A stretch of 64,000 bases of DNA from positions 240,233 to 304,232 of the forward strand of contig JAHLWR010000001.1 in assembly GCA_019057815.1 (NCBI GenBank). The letters run 5' to 3'. Shown piece by piece: positions 51,455 through 61,160 of the stretch. This DNA is from Candidatus Heimdallarchaeota archaeon. GTDB taxonomy: Archaea > Asgardarchaeota > Heimdallarchaeia > Heimdallarchaeales > Heimdallarchaeaceae. Position numbers and translations under genes: made by a program. The first letter of the stretch is position 1. Each line of letters starts with the position of its first letter. Below the pieces are notes generated by a model. It ran no database searches, was not told the DNA's origin, and saw nothing but the letters and a program-made list of their open reading frames with translations.

Positions 51455-52342
51455 TTAATACCACCAATCAGCATGAATTAGAATTTGAACAATATCTCCA
51501 GGTTTAACCTGATCAAGTTTTGCGAAGATATGGTGTCTATGTTGTCTAACCATATCGTTGCCACCAGTATCAGTAAGGTACTTATCCCATTTCATGTCAT
51601 AAGCAGACCAAATTTTGAGTGATTTTTTATCAACTATTGGCCAAAGAGTATGGTTATCATACTTATCACCATGATGAGCTACGACAGATACAGGGGCGAT
51701 TTTGCGAAGTTGGTTTAGTTCCTCTGTAAACAAAACTACAGCTTCATCTTTATTACCTTTCGTTTGACTCAGTGATTCATAATGAAATCCAATTTCAAAG
51801 CCATCTGCAGTTAACTGTTTGATTAATGGTACTGCTTGTTCGAATGAGTATTTCTCTGAATGAAGGCGGAAAAAAGAAGTAGAAAATAAGCCTTTGAACT
51901 TCTCTAACTCTACCATTTTGCTCAACCTTTTTAGTGATAAATCTACATCATGACGAATAAAAACATGAACTTTATCAGAGGAAAAATTATTAGTATTTTG
52001 ATAATCATTAAAAGTATGAACAAGATATTGGGGGTTTTTGAGCTCATCTAGAAAAGAAGCATATAGAGATAATGTGTAACATTTCCTCCATCTACGAATC
52101 AAGTAAGCATAGAGTATAAGAACAAATATGCCTATAGAAAGGATAAGGAACCATAAAGGAAGGGATATCCAAACAAGTATCCCTGCAACGTATGAAATGA
52201 ATCCCAAGATAGAGAGAGGGAAATAAAAAGGTAAAAAGTCAAAAATTAGAGTTGCATAACGGTACTGCTTGTAAATGGAAAAACCAACAAATAACCAGAT
52301 TAGGAAGGAGGTAACTAGCAGCGTTACAGTAATTGGACACAT
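51455..52342 (-). CDS. Membrane-anchored polysaccharide deacetylase-like (NodB/CE4 fold) protein
   Basis: 3 N-terminal TM; RHDVD, STSFFR, EIGFHYE, HHG, LIHADWW. Confidence 0.7.
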   Translation of the reverse strand: MCPITVTLLVTSFLIWLFVGFSIYKQYRYATLIFDFLPFYFPLSILGFISYVAGILVWISLPLWFLILSIGIFVLILYAYLIRRWRKCYTLSLYASFLDELKNPQYLVHTFNDYQNTNNFSSDKVHVFIRHDVDLSLKRLSKMVELEKFKGLFSTSFFRLHSEKYSFEQAVPLIKQLTADGFEIGFHYESLSQTKGNKDEAVVLFTEELNQLRKIAPVSVVAHHGDKYDNHTLWPIVDKKSLKIWSAYDMKWDKYLTDTGGNDMVRQHRHHIFAKLDQVKPGDIVQILIHADWWY

Positions 52343-52435
52343 ATCAGATGAGAGACCATGTAATGAGGTTAAAAAAATATTGCGATAGAAACTTAAAAAC
52401 GCAAAAAAGATCAAAAAGGACTAGAAGAAAAAAGT

Positions 52436-52554
52436 TGGTAGCGAAGGGTAGATTTGAACTACCGACCTCCGGGTATCTCAACCTAGAAGTAGTTTAAACT
52501 GCGTCTAGAATGGTTTATGAGCCCAGCGGGATTTCCAAGCTTCCCCACTTCGCT
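52436..52554 (-). tRNA. Initiator tRNA-Met(CAT) with 41-nt BHB intron at 37/38 (intron 52475-52515), CCA encoded
   Basis: Acceptor AGCGAAG/CTTCGCT (A1:U72), anticodon stem with three G-C pairs, T-loop TTCAAAT; CTCA/TGAG helix flanked by two 3-nt bulges. Confidence 0.95.
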
Positions 52555-52693
52555 ATGTTACTCTGTTCTATATGAACCTTTTTTAAAAAGATTCATGTTG
52601 TTGTTCATTCTTAACTAGCAGTTTTTAAGTCTTTTTAAGTAATGAATCCCATACCAATTGTATTTGTTTCTGTGCTTGCTCTTTCTAATTTGC

Positions 52694-52758
52694 TCAAGAA
52701 AATTATTTGTTTATAATATGTCAAATCTGGAAAATGGGTAATTTATGTAAAAAATGAA
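52694..52758 (+). repeat. Imperfect ~65-bp direct repeat, copy 1
   Basis: tcaagaaaattatttgtttataatatgtcaaatctggaaaatgggtaatttatgtaaaaaatgaa; near-identical copy at 53986-54048. Confidence 0.85.
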
Positions 52759-52948
52759 GGGAAAAACCGTCATGCTTTGATTGCAGTCATTCTTAGTTTC
52801 AAATGTGCCTATCCGGAATATTCTTAAATTCGAAAAGAGAAATTTAAGTCGTATTGGAAATTTTTCACAGTATTATAGAGATAAAGGTATTCTCTGAATG
52901 TATGAAAGATATTAAATCAATTATCTAATTAAGGAGGAGTCTAAGAAA

Positions 52949-53785
52949 TTGCATATTACAGTTAATGGAAGAAAAATATATTATGAAATTGAAGGAAATG
53001 GTGTACCTTGTATAATTTTGAACGGGTTAAATCCTTTTAATAAACTTACCTTCTCAACTAACATTAGAAGCTACTTGCAGCTAATTTTCGTTGATCTAGG
53101 ATTCTGTGGTTACTCTGAATTTGGAGAAGTGGAGGATATGACTATTGATTCAATGATCAATGATCTTGATTCATTCGTTCAGAGATTAAATCTTAAAACC
53201 TTTGCATTGTTTGGGGGTTCTGCAATGGTACTTCTTGGACTTGAATACGTCAGAAGATTTCCAGATAAAGTTTCTCATCTCATTCTAATTGGGCTTGGAC
53301 CAAAGTGGTGGTTATTAGAAGATTACACCAAGAAACAGCAATATTATTGGGACGAAAATGCGTCTGTCGAGAGAAAAGCGATTTATGACTCCAACTTCGA
53401 AACTCTTTCGAATATTAAACTTAATACCGGTGAAGATTTTGTGAAATGGTATGTTGCTATTGGATCAAAGTTTTGGTATGATCCACAATTTGATTCATCA
53501 CCTCTTTGGGAAGATCATAGGATCAACATGGAATATATCAATTATTTTTTCAATGAAGTACTGAAGAACTATGATGCCACACCTTTCCTGTCCGAGATTT
53601 CCTGTCCTGTTTTTATAGCGATGGGGAAGTATGATTTTCTTAATCCACCTACTCTTTGGGATGGGGAGAAAGAAAAGTTTGCAAATTATAATTACCATTT
53701 ATTTGAGAAAAGTGGTCATACTCCCCAATATGAGGAACAGGTTTTATTCGACAGGATGTTAATTGACTGGATTATAGGGCAATAA
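52949..53785 (+). CDS. Alpha/beta hydrolase (proline iminopeptidase-like)
   Basis: GGSA nucleophile elbow, GKYD, SGHTPQYEE; AGGAGGAG SD before TTG. Confidence 0.85.
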   Translation: MHITVNGRKIYYEIEGNGVPCIILNGLNPFNKLTFSTNIRSYLQLIFVDLGFCGYSEFGEVEDMTIDSMINDLDSFVQRLNLKTFALFGGSAMVLLGLEYVRRFPDKVSHLILIGLGPKWWLLEDYTKKQQYYWDENASVERKAIYDSNFETLSNIKLNTGEDFVKWYVAIGSKFWYDPQFDSSPLWEDHRINMEYINYFFNEVLKNYDATPFLSEISCPVFIAMGKYDFLNPPTLWDGEKEKFANYNYHLFEKSGHTPQYEEQVLFDRMLIDWIIGQ

Positions 53786-53985
53786 CTTGCCCATACGAAC
53801 AGGGGGGATAATAGAAGTTCACTTTTTAATCTTTTTTTAAATTCTGAAATATTAATTAAAAATTGATTTCTTTTTACTCGTTATGTTATCAAAACCTTAT
53901 ATGATAACAATCTAACAGGACCTTGAATGTTATCTGTTCCTTTTAGTCTATAACTTTTTGAACATTCCAAATTATGAACCACGAA

Positions 53986-54048
53986 TCAAGAAATTTTTTT
54001 GTTTACAATATGTCAAATCTGGAAAGGGGTAATTTACGTTAAAATGAA
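53986..54048 (+). repeat. Imperfect ~65-bp direct repeat, copy 2
   Basis: tcaagaaatttttttgtttacaatatgtcaaatctggaaaggggtaatttacgttaaaatgaa. Confidence 0.85.
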
Positions 54049-54153
54049 CCTTTCTTTAACCATTAAAGATTAAGAAAAATATCTTGACTAGCAAGTGAAT
54101 GAGATTCCTTGATAAAATAACATATTTCCATTGCTGTGTGTAATAAAAAATAC

Positions 54154-54327
54154 CTAATAGCTTGCTCTTCGCTTCACTCTCTTAGGCACTTTAAATTCCA
54201 AATCCATTTCATGTTTTAACTCATTTAGTTTTAAAGCAATATAATCGATATTCTCTCTATTCAAACCTGGTTTTCGTATAATACCATCCTTCATGTTTAG
54301 TTTCTCGTTGTTGGAGTATTTATCCAT
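54154..54327 (-). CDS. Small hypothetical protein (57 aa)
   Basis: GAGTGA-N4-ATG; MDKYSNNEKLNMKDGIIRKPGLNRENIDYIALKLNELKHEMDLEFKVPKRVKRRASY; below ORF-track cutoff. Confidence 0.45.
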   Translation of the reverse strand: MDKYSNNEKLNMKDGIIRKPGLNRENIDYIALKLNELKHEMDLEFKVPKRVKRRASY

Positions 54328-54500
54328 AAAATCACTCTATCAGTAGTGGTCTCAATTCATGTGTGTACTATCTTTCACTACAGATACCAATTTATTAATG
54401 TTATGTATTCCTAGAAAGATATGTTTAACATTTTTTACAAAAAATAGTTGTGTGAAGAACTTATTCATTATGTGATGATCTTGTGTCTCAGAGCTTTACA

Positions 54501-55142
54501 TCATTTTTTCGCTAAAAATTGTTCCATCTGCTTTCTAACTAATTTTTTTACAAAAGATTGAAATTCTTTTGCTGTTCCAAATTGAGCTAGTTTTGCTTCC
54601 GGTGAAAAAAGTGTTGTATTAGATACTAATGTTGTTCCATGCACCAGTGACCAAAAGTAAAGAGCTAATTTCTGAACATCCAAAGGAATTAATTCCCCAG
54701 TTTCAACTGCTTTTTGAACAATTTTCATTAAAATGATTATAGATCCTGGTTCATAGACTATCGCATCTGATTCCTCCTTTTCTGCTAGAGGAGGAGGAAA
54801 TACAAACATCATCTGATAACGACGGAAGTTTGATTTAGCAAAAGTGAAGTAATAGTCTGCTAGTTTATCTGTTAGATTGATAAATAGTCCGTTATGCTCT
54901 TGAACTATAGCTTCCATACCTTCCTCAAAATCTTTGAAATCAGCCTTTATAATTGCATACCATAGTTCTCTTTTACTAGACCAATAATTGTAAAGATTCC
55001 CTTGAGACATTCCCAACTTGCGAGCTACAGTTCGCATCGTGAAATGCTTTCTATCGCTAAGATACAAATCTCTTGCAGTATCTATTATTTTCTTAATTTG
55101 AACAGCCTTATCTTCTTCTGATCTAGCTCTTTTTTGTTTCAC
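54501..55142 (-). CDS. TetR/AcrR family transcriptional regulator
   Basis: TMRTVARKLGMSQGNLYNYWSSKREL HTH; FWSLVHG. Confidence 0.9.
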   Translation of the reverse strand: MKQKRARSEEDKAVQIKKIIDTARDLYLSDRKHFTMRTVARKLGMSQGNLYNYWSSKRELWYAIIKADFKDFEEGMEAIVQEHNGLFINLTDKLADYYFTFAKSNFRRYQMMFVFPPPLAEKEESDAIVYEPGSIIILMKIVQKAVETGELIPLDVQKLALYFWSLVHGTTLVSNTTLFSPEAKLAQFGTAKEFQSFVKKLVRKQMEQFLAKK

Positions 55143-55177
55143 GAGCTACAATTTGACGCAACTATATTAATATTATT

Positions 55178-55243
55178 AATGAACGATGTTCATTTAGGAA
55201 TATTTATATACACAATGGGTTCGATAAATAAACGTTGTTCATT
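55178..55243. promoter_or_regulatory. Paired TetR-type operators flanking a TATA box
   Basis: AATGAAC-gat-GTTCATT (55178-55194) and AATAAAC-gtt-GTTCATT (55227-55243) around TTTATATA (55203-55210). Confidence 0.7.
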
Positions 55244-55259
55244 TAGGAAGGAGAACGAT

Positions 55260-55613
55260 ATGAAAGCAATACACCTAGAGCAAATGCACGCAAAATTGAG
55301 ATTGAAGGAAGAAGGAACATTGGAAGTATCATGGGCAGAAAAAAAACTAAAGCAAGCGAATGAGATCTACATTGAATTACTGAAACTCAAAAAAGGGCGT
55401 TCAAAATATCAATGTCAGGTAAGGAATTTACTGCATATTTTCGGAGGAGATATGGAAATTAACTATATGGAAGTTAAAGAAGAAACTAAAACAATTGCGA
55501 GCATTTTAGATGAGGGAATATCATCTTTGAATTGGTATAAAATCGATGATGTAATGACAAGTATTTATGGAAAAATCTTGAAATATTGTGGCAAAGAGGA
55601 ACTATCAGAATAG
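55260..55613 (+). CDS. Hypothetical protein (117 aa), divergent from TetR
   Basis: ATG at 55260 preceded by AGGAG SD. Confidence 0.6.
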   Translation: MKAIHLEQMHAKLRLKEEGTLEVSWAEKKLKQANEIYIELLKLKKGRSKYQCQVRNLLHIFGGDMEINYMEVKEETKTIASILDEGISSLNWYKIDDVMTSIYGKILKYCGKEELSE

Positions 55614-55905
55614 AAATAAAGAATTTAGGTAGAAGGTATTATTTGAAGTATTATGTTTCTTTTCTATTAATACAAAAACTAGTGATTTCTTGTGAGGTAT
55701 TGTCATTTTCCCACAATTTCATTGAATTCTGGAACAACTTATAATTAGGTGCCTTATTAGATACATCTCCTTTTTAGAAGGGTAGTATATGTATCATCAA
55801 GCAAAGATTTATCAGATTCTTTGAAAGGTTTAAAAAATTGCACCAACTCCTCGACAATGGCAAGTCTCTGATTTAATAAGGAAAAAACAAGTGTAACCTC
55901 AGTTA

Positions 55906-56826
55906 TTAATCCCCATTCTTTATCGTTTTTGACATATCTTTTCTTATTAAGAAACGCACATATTTTCCCCAATTCTTTGGACGAATAATTAGAGAAGGGA
56001 CACTTTTTTGGTATTTTTTAAACTCTTCTCCAAATCTTTCTGCTAGTTCCTTATCTTCAATACAGCGGATGTGATATTGAAAACCTAATACTAAAATCAA
56101 ATAAATACCAATAGAATAAATCGAAAAATTGCTAACCAATGCGCTAATACCTAACAGGTTTACACTCACATAAAGTGGATGACGAACAATCGAATATATT
56201 TCATTTTTAACTATTTTTGATTCTTCAGGATAGTATACATAAAGCATAGAAGCAGTATCTATTCCAAAAACCATTATTGTTCGACGCATATTTACTATTG
56301 CAATTATCAATATTAGAACACTAAATATTATTCTGGCTATCATATCGTTATAATTAGGATTACCAACAGCATTCATTATTAGCTTTCCAACAGATGTTTC
56401 TAGAAAACTGGTTACTGGATTTTGAGAAGAAGAAAGCGAAAAAATCTTATCAGCTAACCAACTAAAAGGTAAAAAACCATGAATTGCACCTGCCATAGCA
56501 ATAGGAATACCCGTAAAGGTATATTTTACCGATTTCTCGAATGCTAATTTCCTGTCTTCAGCGATTAACTTATCTCTTTTTCTCCATGTTAAATGAACAA
56601 TGGTTAGTCCTCCAAAAACAGCAAAAATAGATCCAAGAAAGGGTATATATGGTTCGACAGATATGAGCCAATTAATAGAAAAAAAACGTGGTAGTAAATC
56701 GAATATGAATAGAATTGATACTGTACACAATGTGATAAGAATTACTTGAAATAAATATATCTTAAGTATGTATTTAGGACGATTCGGTAAATGTTTCAAT
56801 ATTTCTTCTTTACCTGTTAGTTTCAT
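55906..56826 (-). CDS. ICMT/phospholipid methyltransferase family membrane protein
   Basis: YSIVRHPLY, ED.EL..RFGEEF..Y...VP. Confidence 0.8.
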   Translation of the reverse strand: MKLTGKEEILKHLPNRPKYILKIYLFQVILITLCTVSILFIFDLLPRFFSINWLISVEPYIPFLGSIFAVFGGLTIVHLTWRKRDKLIAEDRKLAFEKSVKYTFTGIPIAMAGAIHGFLPFSWLADKIFSLSSSQNPVTSFLETSVGKLIMNAVGNPNYNDMIARIIFSVLILIIAIVNMRRTIMVFGIDTASMLYVYYPEESKIVKNEIYSIVRHPLYVSVNLLGISALVSNFSIYSIGIYLILVLGFQYHIRCIEDKELAERFGEEFKKYQKSVPSLIIRPKNWGKYVRFLIRKDMSKTIKNGD

Positions 56827-56944
56827 CACAATCACTTACTCTATTCAATATACAATAAACGGGCTAACGTTTAGCGTTTGGATAAAAAGTTTTGTTTAAG
56901 TCCAAAACAATATAAAACTATAATTGAACCAAGTTTTGGTTTTA

Positions 56945-57757
56945 ATGGAACAAAATAACACTCTAATTAATAGGCTTCCTTCTGATTTGAAAAAAATTTT
57001 AGGAGATTTCAAGTGGGATATTATAACTATTGGTTGCTCAAAGACTGAGGTATATAAATTAGTAAAAGACAACGAAACACTATACCTTAAGATAAACAGA
57101 CCACTTTCCGAATTTACTCTTGAAAAAGAAAAAAAGATACTTGAGTGGCTTAATGATAGTTTACCAGTTCCAAACATGTTCTACTTCCGTTATTTTAAAC
57201 GCGAGGAATTTTTACTCCTCTCTGAAATTAAAGGCAAAGTTTCCTATGAAACTACTTCTGAGGACGCAAAGCGCACCCACATCTCTATTTTAGCTGAAGG
57301 ATTGAAAACAATTCATTCTATAGATTTTTCCAATTGTCCTGTTGATAACACACCAGATAATCTTATCAATATTGCTAAATCGAGAATGGATAGAGGACTA
57401 ATCGACAGTAAAAATTTTGATGAAAGATGGACAGTTAATACTCCTGAAGAGCTGTTTGACAAAATTCTTGAAAACAAACCAAAGAGATATGACATAGTTT
57501 TTTGTCATGGAGATTACTGTTTACCAAATATACTAATTAAAGACAGAAAATTATGTGGTTTTGTTGATTGGAGTTATGGTGGATTGAATGACAGATATTT
57601 CGACTTAGTAGCTGTAGCTTGGAGTATTGGGTATAATTTTGGTCAACAATGGGTTAAGTATTTTTTTGAAGATTATGGTTTAAAGGACATAGATTGTGAG
57701 AAGTTCAAGTTTTTTCAGATGTTAAATGCATTCTTTCCACTATCATACCTGGATTAG
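56945..57757 (+). CDS. Aminoglycoside 3'-phosphotransferase-like kinase
   Basis: GCS, LYLK, LEWL...LPVP, HGDYCLPNIL, DW, DRYFDL. Confidence 0.82.
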   Translation: MEQNNTLINRLPSDLKKILGDFKWDIITIGCSKTEVYKLVKDNETLYLKINRPLSEFTLEKEKKILEWLNDSLPVPNMFYFRYFKREEFLLLSEIKGKVSYETTSEDAKRTHISILAEGLKTIHSIDFSNCPVDNTPDNLINIAKSRMDRGLIDSKNFDERWTVNTPEELFDKILENKPKRYDIVFCHGDYCLPNILIKDRKLCGFVDWSYGGLNDRYFDLVAVAWSIGYNFGQQWVKYFFEDYGLKDIDCEKFKFFQMLNAFFPLSYLD

Positions 57758-57795
57758 ACCATTAGGTTTATTTTATCAAGATTTTATTTATTTCT

Positions 57796-59403
57796 ATGTA
57801 TTTTAATTCACGTCGATCTCCAGTTTATGCAACAAGAGGTATGGTTACCTCTAGTCAACCTCTAGCTTCAGAAGCAGGAATGAGAATTTTACAGAGGGGA
57901 GGTAATGCTGCTGATGCAGCTGTGGCTGTGGCTGCAGCGCTTAATGTAACAGAACCATGTTCTACAGGTATTGGAGGAGATTGTTTTTGCTTATTTTTTA
58001 ATAATTCGACAAAAAAAGTACATGGAGTCAATGCTAGTGGCAGAGCTCCAGCAGAACTGTCTCTTGAGAAACTTTCCGAATTAGGTTTTCAAAATGAGCT
58101 TCCACGCTATAATGTAAACACAGTTACTGTTCCTGGAGCTGCTGCAGGGTGGTTAGACACACTTGAGAAATTTGGTACAATGACCACAAAAGAAGTTTTA
58201 ACGCCAGCTATCGAACTAGCAGAAAATGGTTTTCCTGTAGCACCTCTTACATCTATAGCTTGGGCTAGAGGAACAAGACAATTACGAATGGGGCCTTATG
58301 CTGATGAAATGTTATTGAATGGAGAAGCTCCCAAAGAGGGAGAAATAATGAGGAATATTACTCTAGCCCAAACTTTTAGAGAATTAGCAGAACATGGAAA
58401 AAGTGGTTTTTATGAAGGTAGAATAGCAACATCTATCATAGACCTAGTGCAAGCATTAGGGGGAGTTATGACAACAGATGATTTAAAAAACCATTGCAAC
58501 ACTTTTGATGATCCAATATCCGTTAATTATCATGGTGTTGATGTTTTTGAGATACCTCCAAATGGTCAAGGAATAACAGCTTTGATAGCGTTAAATATTT
58601 TAGAAGAGTTTAATATCAGTGAAATTGAACATTTATCTGTTCAATATTTACATACTCTAATAGAGGCAATGAGAATAGCATTTGCGGATACGAGGTGGTA
58701 TGTTGCAGATCCTAGTGTGGTACATGTTCCAATCAATGAGTTGTTGTCTAAAGAATATGCTTCTGAACGGCGTAAACTAATTGATCCAACAAGAGCTTCT
58801 GTCAACGTGATAAAAGGTTCACCCTTTGCTTCATCGGATACGGTTTATTTTACAGTAGCAGATAAAGAAGGAAATGCATGTAGTTTCATCAATTCAAATT
58901 ATAATGGATTTGGAACAGGATTAATCCCAAAAGGATGTGGTTTTACTCTACAAAATCGTGGCAGTGGTTTTTCTCTTGAACCTGGACACCCAAATGTCTT
59001 GGCACCAAATAAACGCCCCTATCATACTATTATTCCAGGAATGGCCACAAAAGATAATGAACTCTATGCAAGTTTTGGTGTAATGGCCGGATTTAATCAA
59101 CCACAAGCTCATGTCCAAGTTCTAGTTAATATGATAGATCATGGAATGAATCCTCAACAAGCACTTAATAGACCAAGATTTTGTATTATGGATGGAACAA
59201 GTGGTGGAAAGGTTGCTATTGAAGAGGGTATTTCCGTTCCAATTATGAGTACTTTGAGCAGAATGGGTCATACAGTTGTACCAACATCAGGAACAGCTAG
59301 AGCTGTTTTTGGTAAAGGACAAATAATAAAACGAAACCCAAAAAATGGCGTGTTATGTGGAGGAACCAGCCCTCGTGCCGATGGAATTGCTATAGGATGG
59401 TAA
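57796..59403 (+). CDS. ggt: Gamma-glutamyltransferase
   Basis: GGNAADAA, GIGGD, SDTVYF (Thr nucleophile), LQNRG, KRPYHTIIPG. Confidence 0.93.
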   Translation: MYFNSRRSPVYATRGMVTSSQPLASEAGMRILQRGGNAADAAVAVAAALNVTEPCSTGIGGDCFCLFFNNSTKKVHGVNASGRAPAELSLEKLSELGFQNELPRYNVNTVTVPGAAAGWLDTLEKFGTMTTKEVLTPAIELAENGFPVAPLTSIAWARGTRQLRMGPYADEMLLNGEAPKEGEIMRNITLAQTFRELAEHGKSGFYEGRIATSIIDLVQALGGVMTTDDLKNHCNTFDDPISVNYHGVDVFEIPPNGQGITALIALNILEEFNISEIEHLSVQYLHTLIEAMRIAFADTRWYVADPSVVHVPINELLSKEYASERRKLIDPTRASVNVIKGSPFASSDTVYFTVADKEGNACSFINSNYNGFGTGLIPKGCGFTLQNRGSGFSLEPGHPNVLAPNKRPYHTIIPGMATKDNELYASFGVMAGFNQPQAHVQVLVNMIDHGMNPQQALNRPRFCIMDGTSGGKVAIEEGISVPIMSTLSRMGHTVVPTSGTARAVFGKGQIIKRNPKNGVLCGGTSPRADGIAIGW

Positions 59404-59431
59404 AGAATCGTTTAATCTAAATTTGAGACAA

Positions 59432-60865
59432 TCAATTAGAAAAAACCAAATTTTTTACTACAACAGGAACTACTAAACCTCCTGCTTTTGGTTTATCTAT
59501 ATCTATGAAATCGCCTTCATTTACATTTATTTCGTCAACAGAAATTATATTCTTTTCAGCTTCAGTTTCTCTTCGCATAACATTACCAACAGAATTACCT
59601 ATGTCTCTATCAAACACCAAGATAATTGGGAGTTCTCTCTCAATTGTTTTGGGAATAGCATTTACTACACCTTTTACAAATCTTGTTAAACTAGCATAAG
59701 AACCACCAATCGCTCCTTTAAATAGCAGAGCTATTGGTTCATCTCCTTCATTAATATCAAAAACGTTGAAACTTTTCTTAATTGCTCTAGAAATATTTTC
59801 TTCAGTTAATTCTTTTTCTTTAATTTTTGGCTCAATTACTAGTATGTTATGTATAGGAAGTAAATCAATATCAGAAATATGAGTTGTTACACCAGATACT
59901 TGTAAAGTGTATTGTCCTGCCCCTATCACAGTTGCACGAATTAATTCATTTGGTTTGTAAAGGGATATTTTTCTTTTTGTAACAATTCTCCTTATTTCGT
60001 CCCCGAGATATTTCCCCAAATCGTTGAAATATTTATCGGTTTTCTGGTAAATATATTCCGCAATACCTCCAGAAAATGAGAATTCATCTATTTCTTCTGA
60101 AAATTCTATTGGTGGTGTCATTAATAATACATTTGCTAATTTAGATTCGATTGATTTTTCAAGAACTTCAAATAAGCTTTCAGCCAGAAGTTTCGCAATT
60201 TTACGCTTCTGATCATCTGATATTTTCATGCCAAAATCAAATTTGACACCAATAAGTTGCTCTAAATTTCTTATAGGAGGTTCTATGCGTACAATTCTAT
60301 CATCATCATCAAAAGCAAGTAATCTTCCACCAACATTAACACATCCACTGTCTACTATTTCTCCATCCTTAATTATTGCAATGTTTGAAGTTCCCCCTCC
60401 AACATCTATATTCATTATAACTTTGTTATTCTTTTTAGAGTATTGAACAGCCCCAGAACCCATAGCAGATATGACTGACTCAAAATTGGGACCTGCTGTT
60501 GCACAAACAAAATTGCCTGCTTTGTGAGCTAGAGCAATAACAAGCTCTTCAGCATTTTGCTTTTTAGCGCTTTCTCCAGTAATAATTACAGCTCCTGTAT
60601 CGATGTCATCAATAGACATATTTGCTTTCTTATATTCTTCCTTCAGATACTCAACTAATTTTATATAATCAATCTGTTGCCCATCTATAAGGGGTGTAAA
60701 AATTATATCGCCCTTGTAAAGAATTTCACGCTCTGTAACTTCAAATTTCAAACTGCGGTTAGTATAAACTTTTTCTAGTTTAAGTCTCGAAAAAATTATA
60801 TGACTAGTTGTTGTACCAACATCTATTCCTGCACTAATCAGAGACAATGAATGTTCTTCGCTCAT
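59432..60865 (-). CDS. eutA: EutA-like ethanolamine ammonia-lyase reactivating factor
   Basis: GIDVGTTTS, TGAVIITGE, FVCATAGP..ES, DVGGGTSN, IRATVIGAG, VPVVVK.L.F. Confidence 0.85.
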   Translation of the reverse strand: MSEEHSLSLISAGIDVGTTTSHIIFSRLKLEKVYTNRSLKFEVTEREILYKGDIIFTPLIDGQQIDYIKLVEYLKEEYKKANMSIDDIDTGAVIITGESAKKQNAEELVIALAHKAGNFVCATAGPNFESVISAMGSGAVQYSKKNNKVIMNIDVGGGTSNIAIIKDGEIVDSGCVNVGGRLLAFDDDDRIVRIEPPIRNLEQLIGVKFDFGMKISDDQKRKIAKLLAESLFEVLEKSIESKLANVLLMTPPIEFSEEIDEFSFSGGIAEYIYQKTDKYFNDLGKYLGDEIRRIVTKRKISLYKPNELIRATVIGAGQYTLQVSGVTTHISDIDLLPIHNILVIEPKIKEKELTEENISRAIKKSFNVFDINEGDEPIALLFKGAIGGSYASLTRFVKGVVNAIPKTIERELPIILVFDRDIGNSVGNVMRRETEAEKNIISVDEINVNEGDFIDIDKPKAGGLVVPVVVKNLVFSN

Positions 60866-61086
60866 AACACTACCTTATTTCTCAAATCTAAAATGCAAGA
60901 AAACATCTAATCCTTAAAGATTTATGGTTGAAGCTTTTTTTAAATATGTTTTAATCAGAATAAAAGTAGAAGAATAAATCAGCATTCTTCTCTTTTGAAA
61001 TATTCCATTATTTTCAAACCTTGCGAATTCTAAGTCACATTCCACCTCAATATATACACATGCAAAGGTAAAACCATTGTGGTTGC

Positions 61087-61122
61087 AGTAAACATCGAGT
61101 AAACATCAAGTAATCATCAAGT
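61087..61122 (+). repeat. Three tandem 11-bp repeats in divergent promoter region
   Basis: agtaaacatcg agtaaacatca agtaatcatca agt. Confidence 0.6.
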
Positions 61123-61160
61123 GATGGAAAAGATTTAAAATGTTTGAGTAAAACACAAAC

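Noticed and set aside
52436-54048. tRNA-integrated mobile element, or ORB origin boxes in the 65-bp repeats
   Set aside because: No duplicated tRNA 3' end, integrase or orc1/cdc6 seen. The repeats have GGAAA/G-run but lack the ORB TCCA inverted core.
55757-55972. 71-aa minus-strand ORF
   Set aside because: Overlaps the methyltransferase 3' end out of frame with no convincing start.
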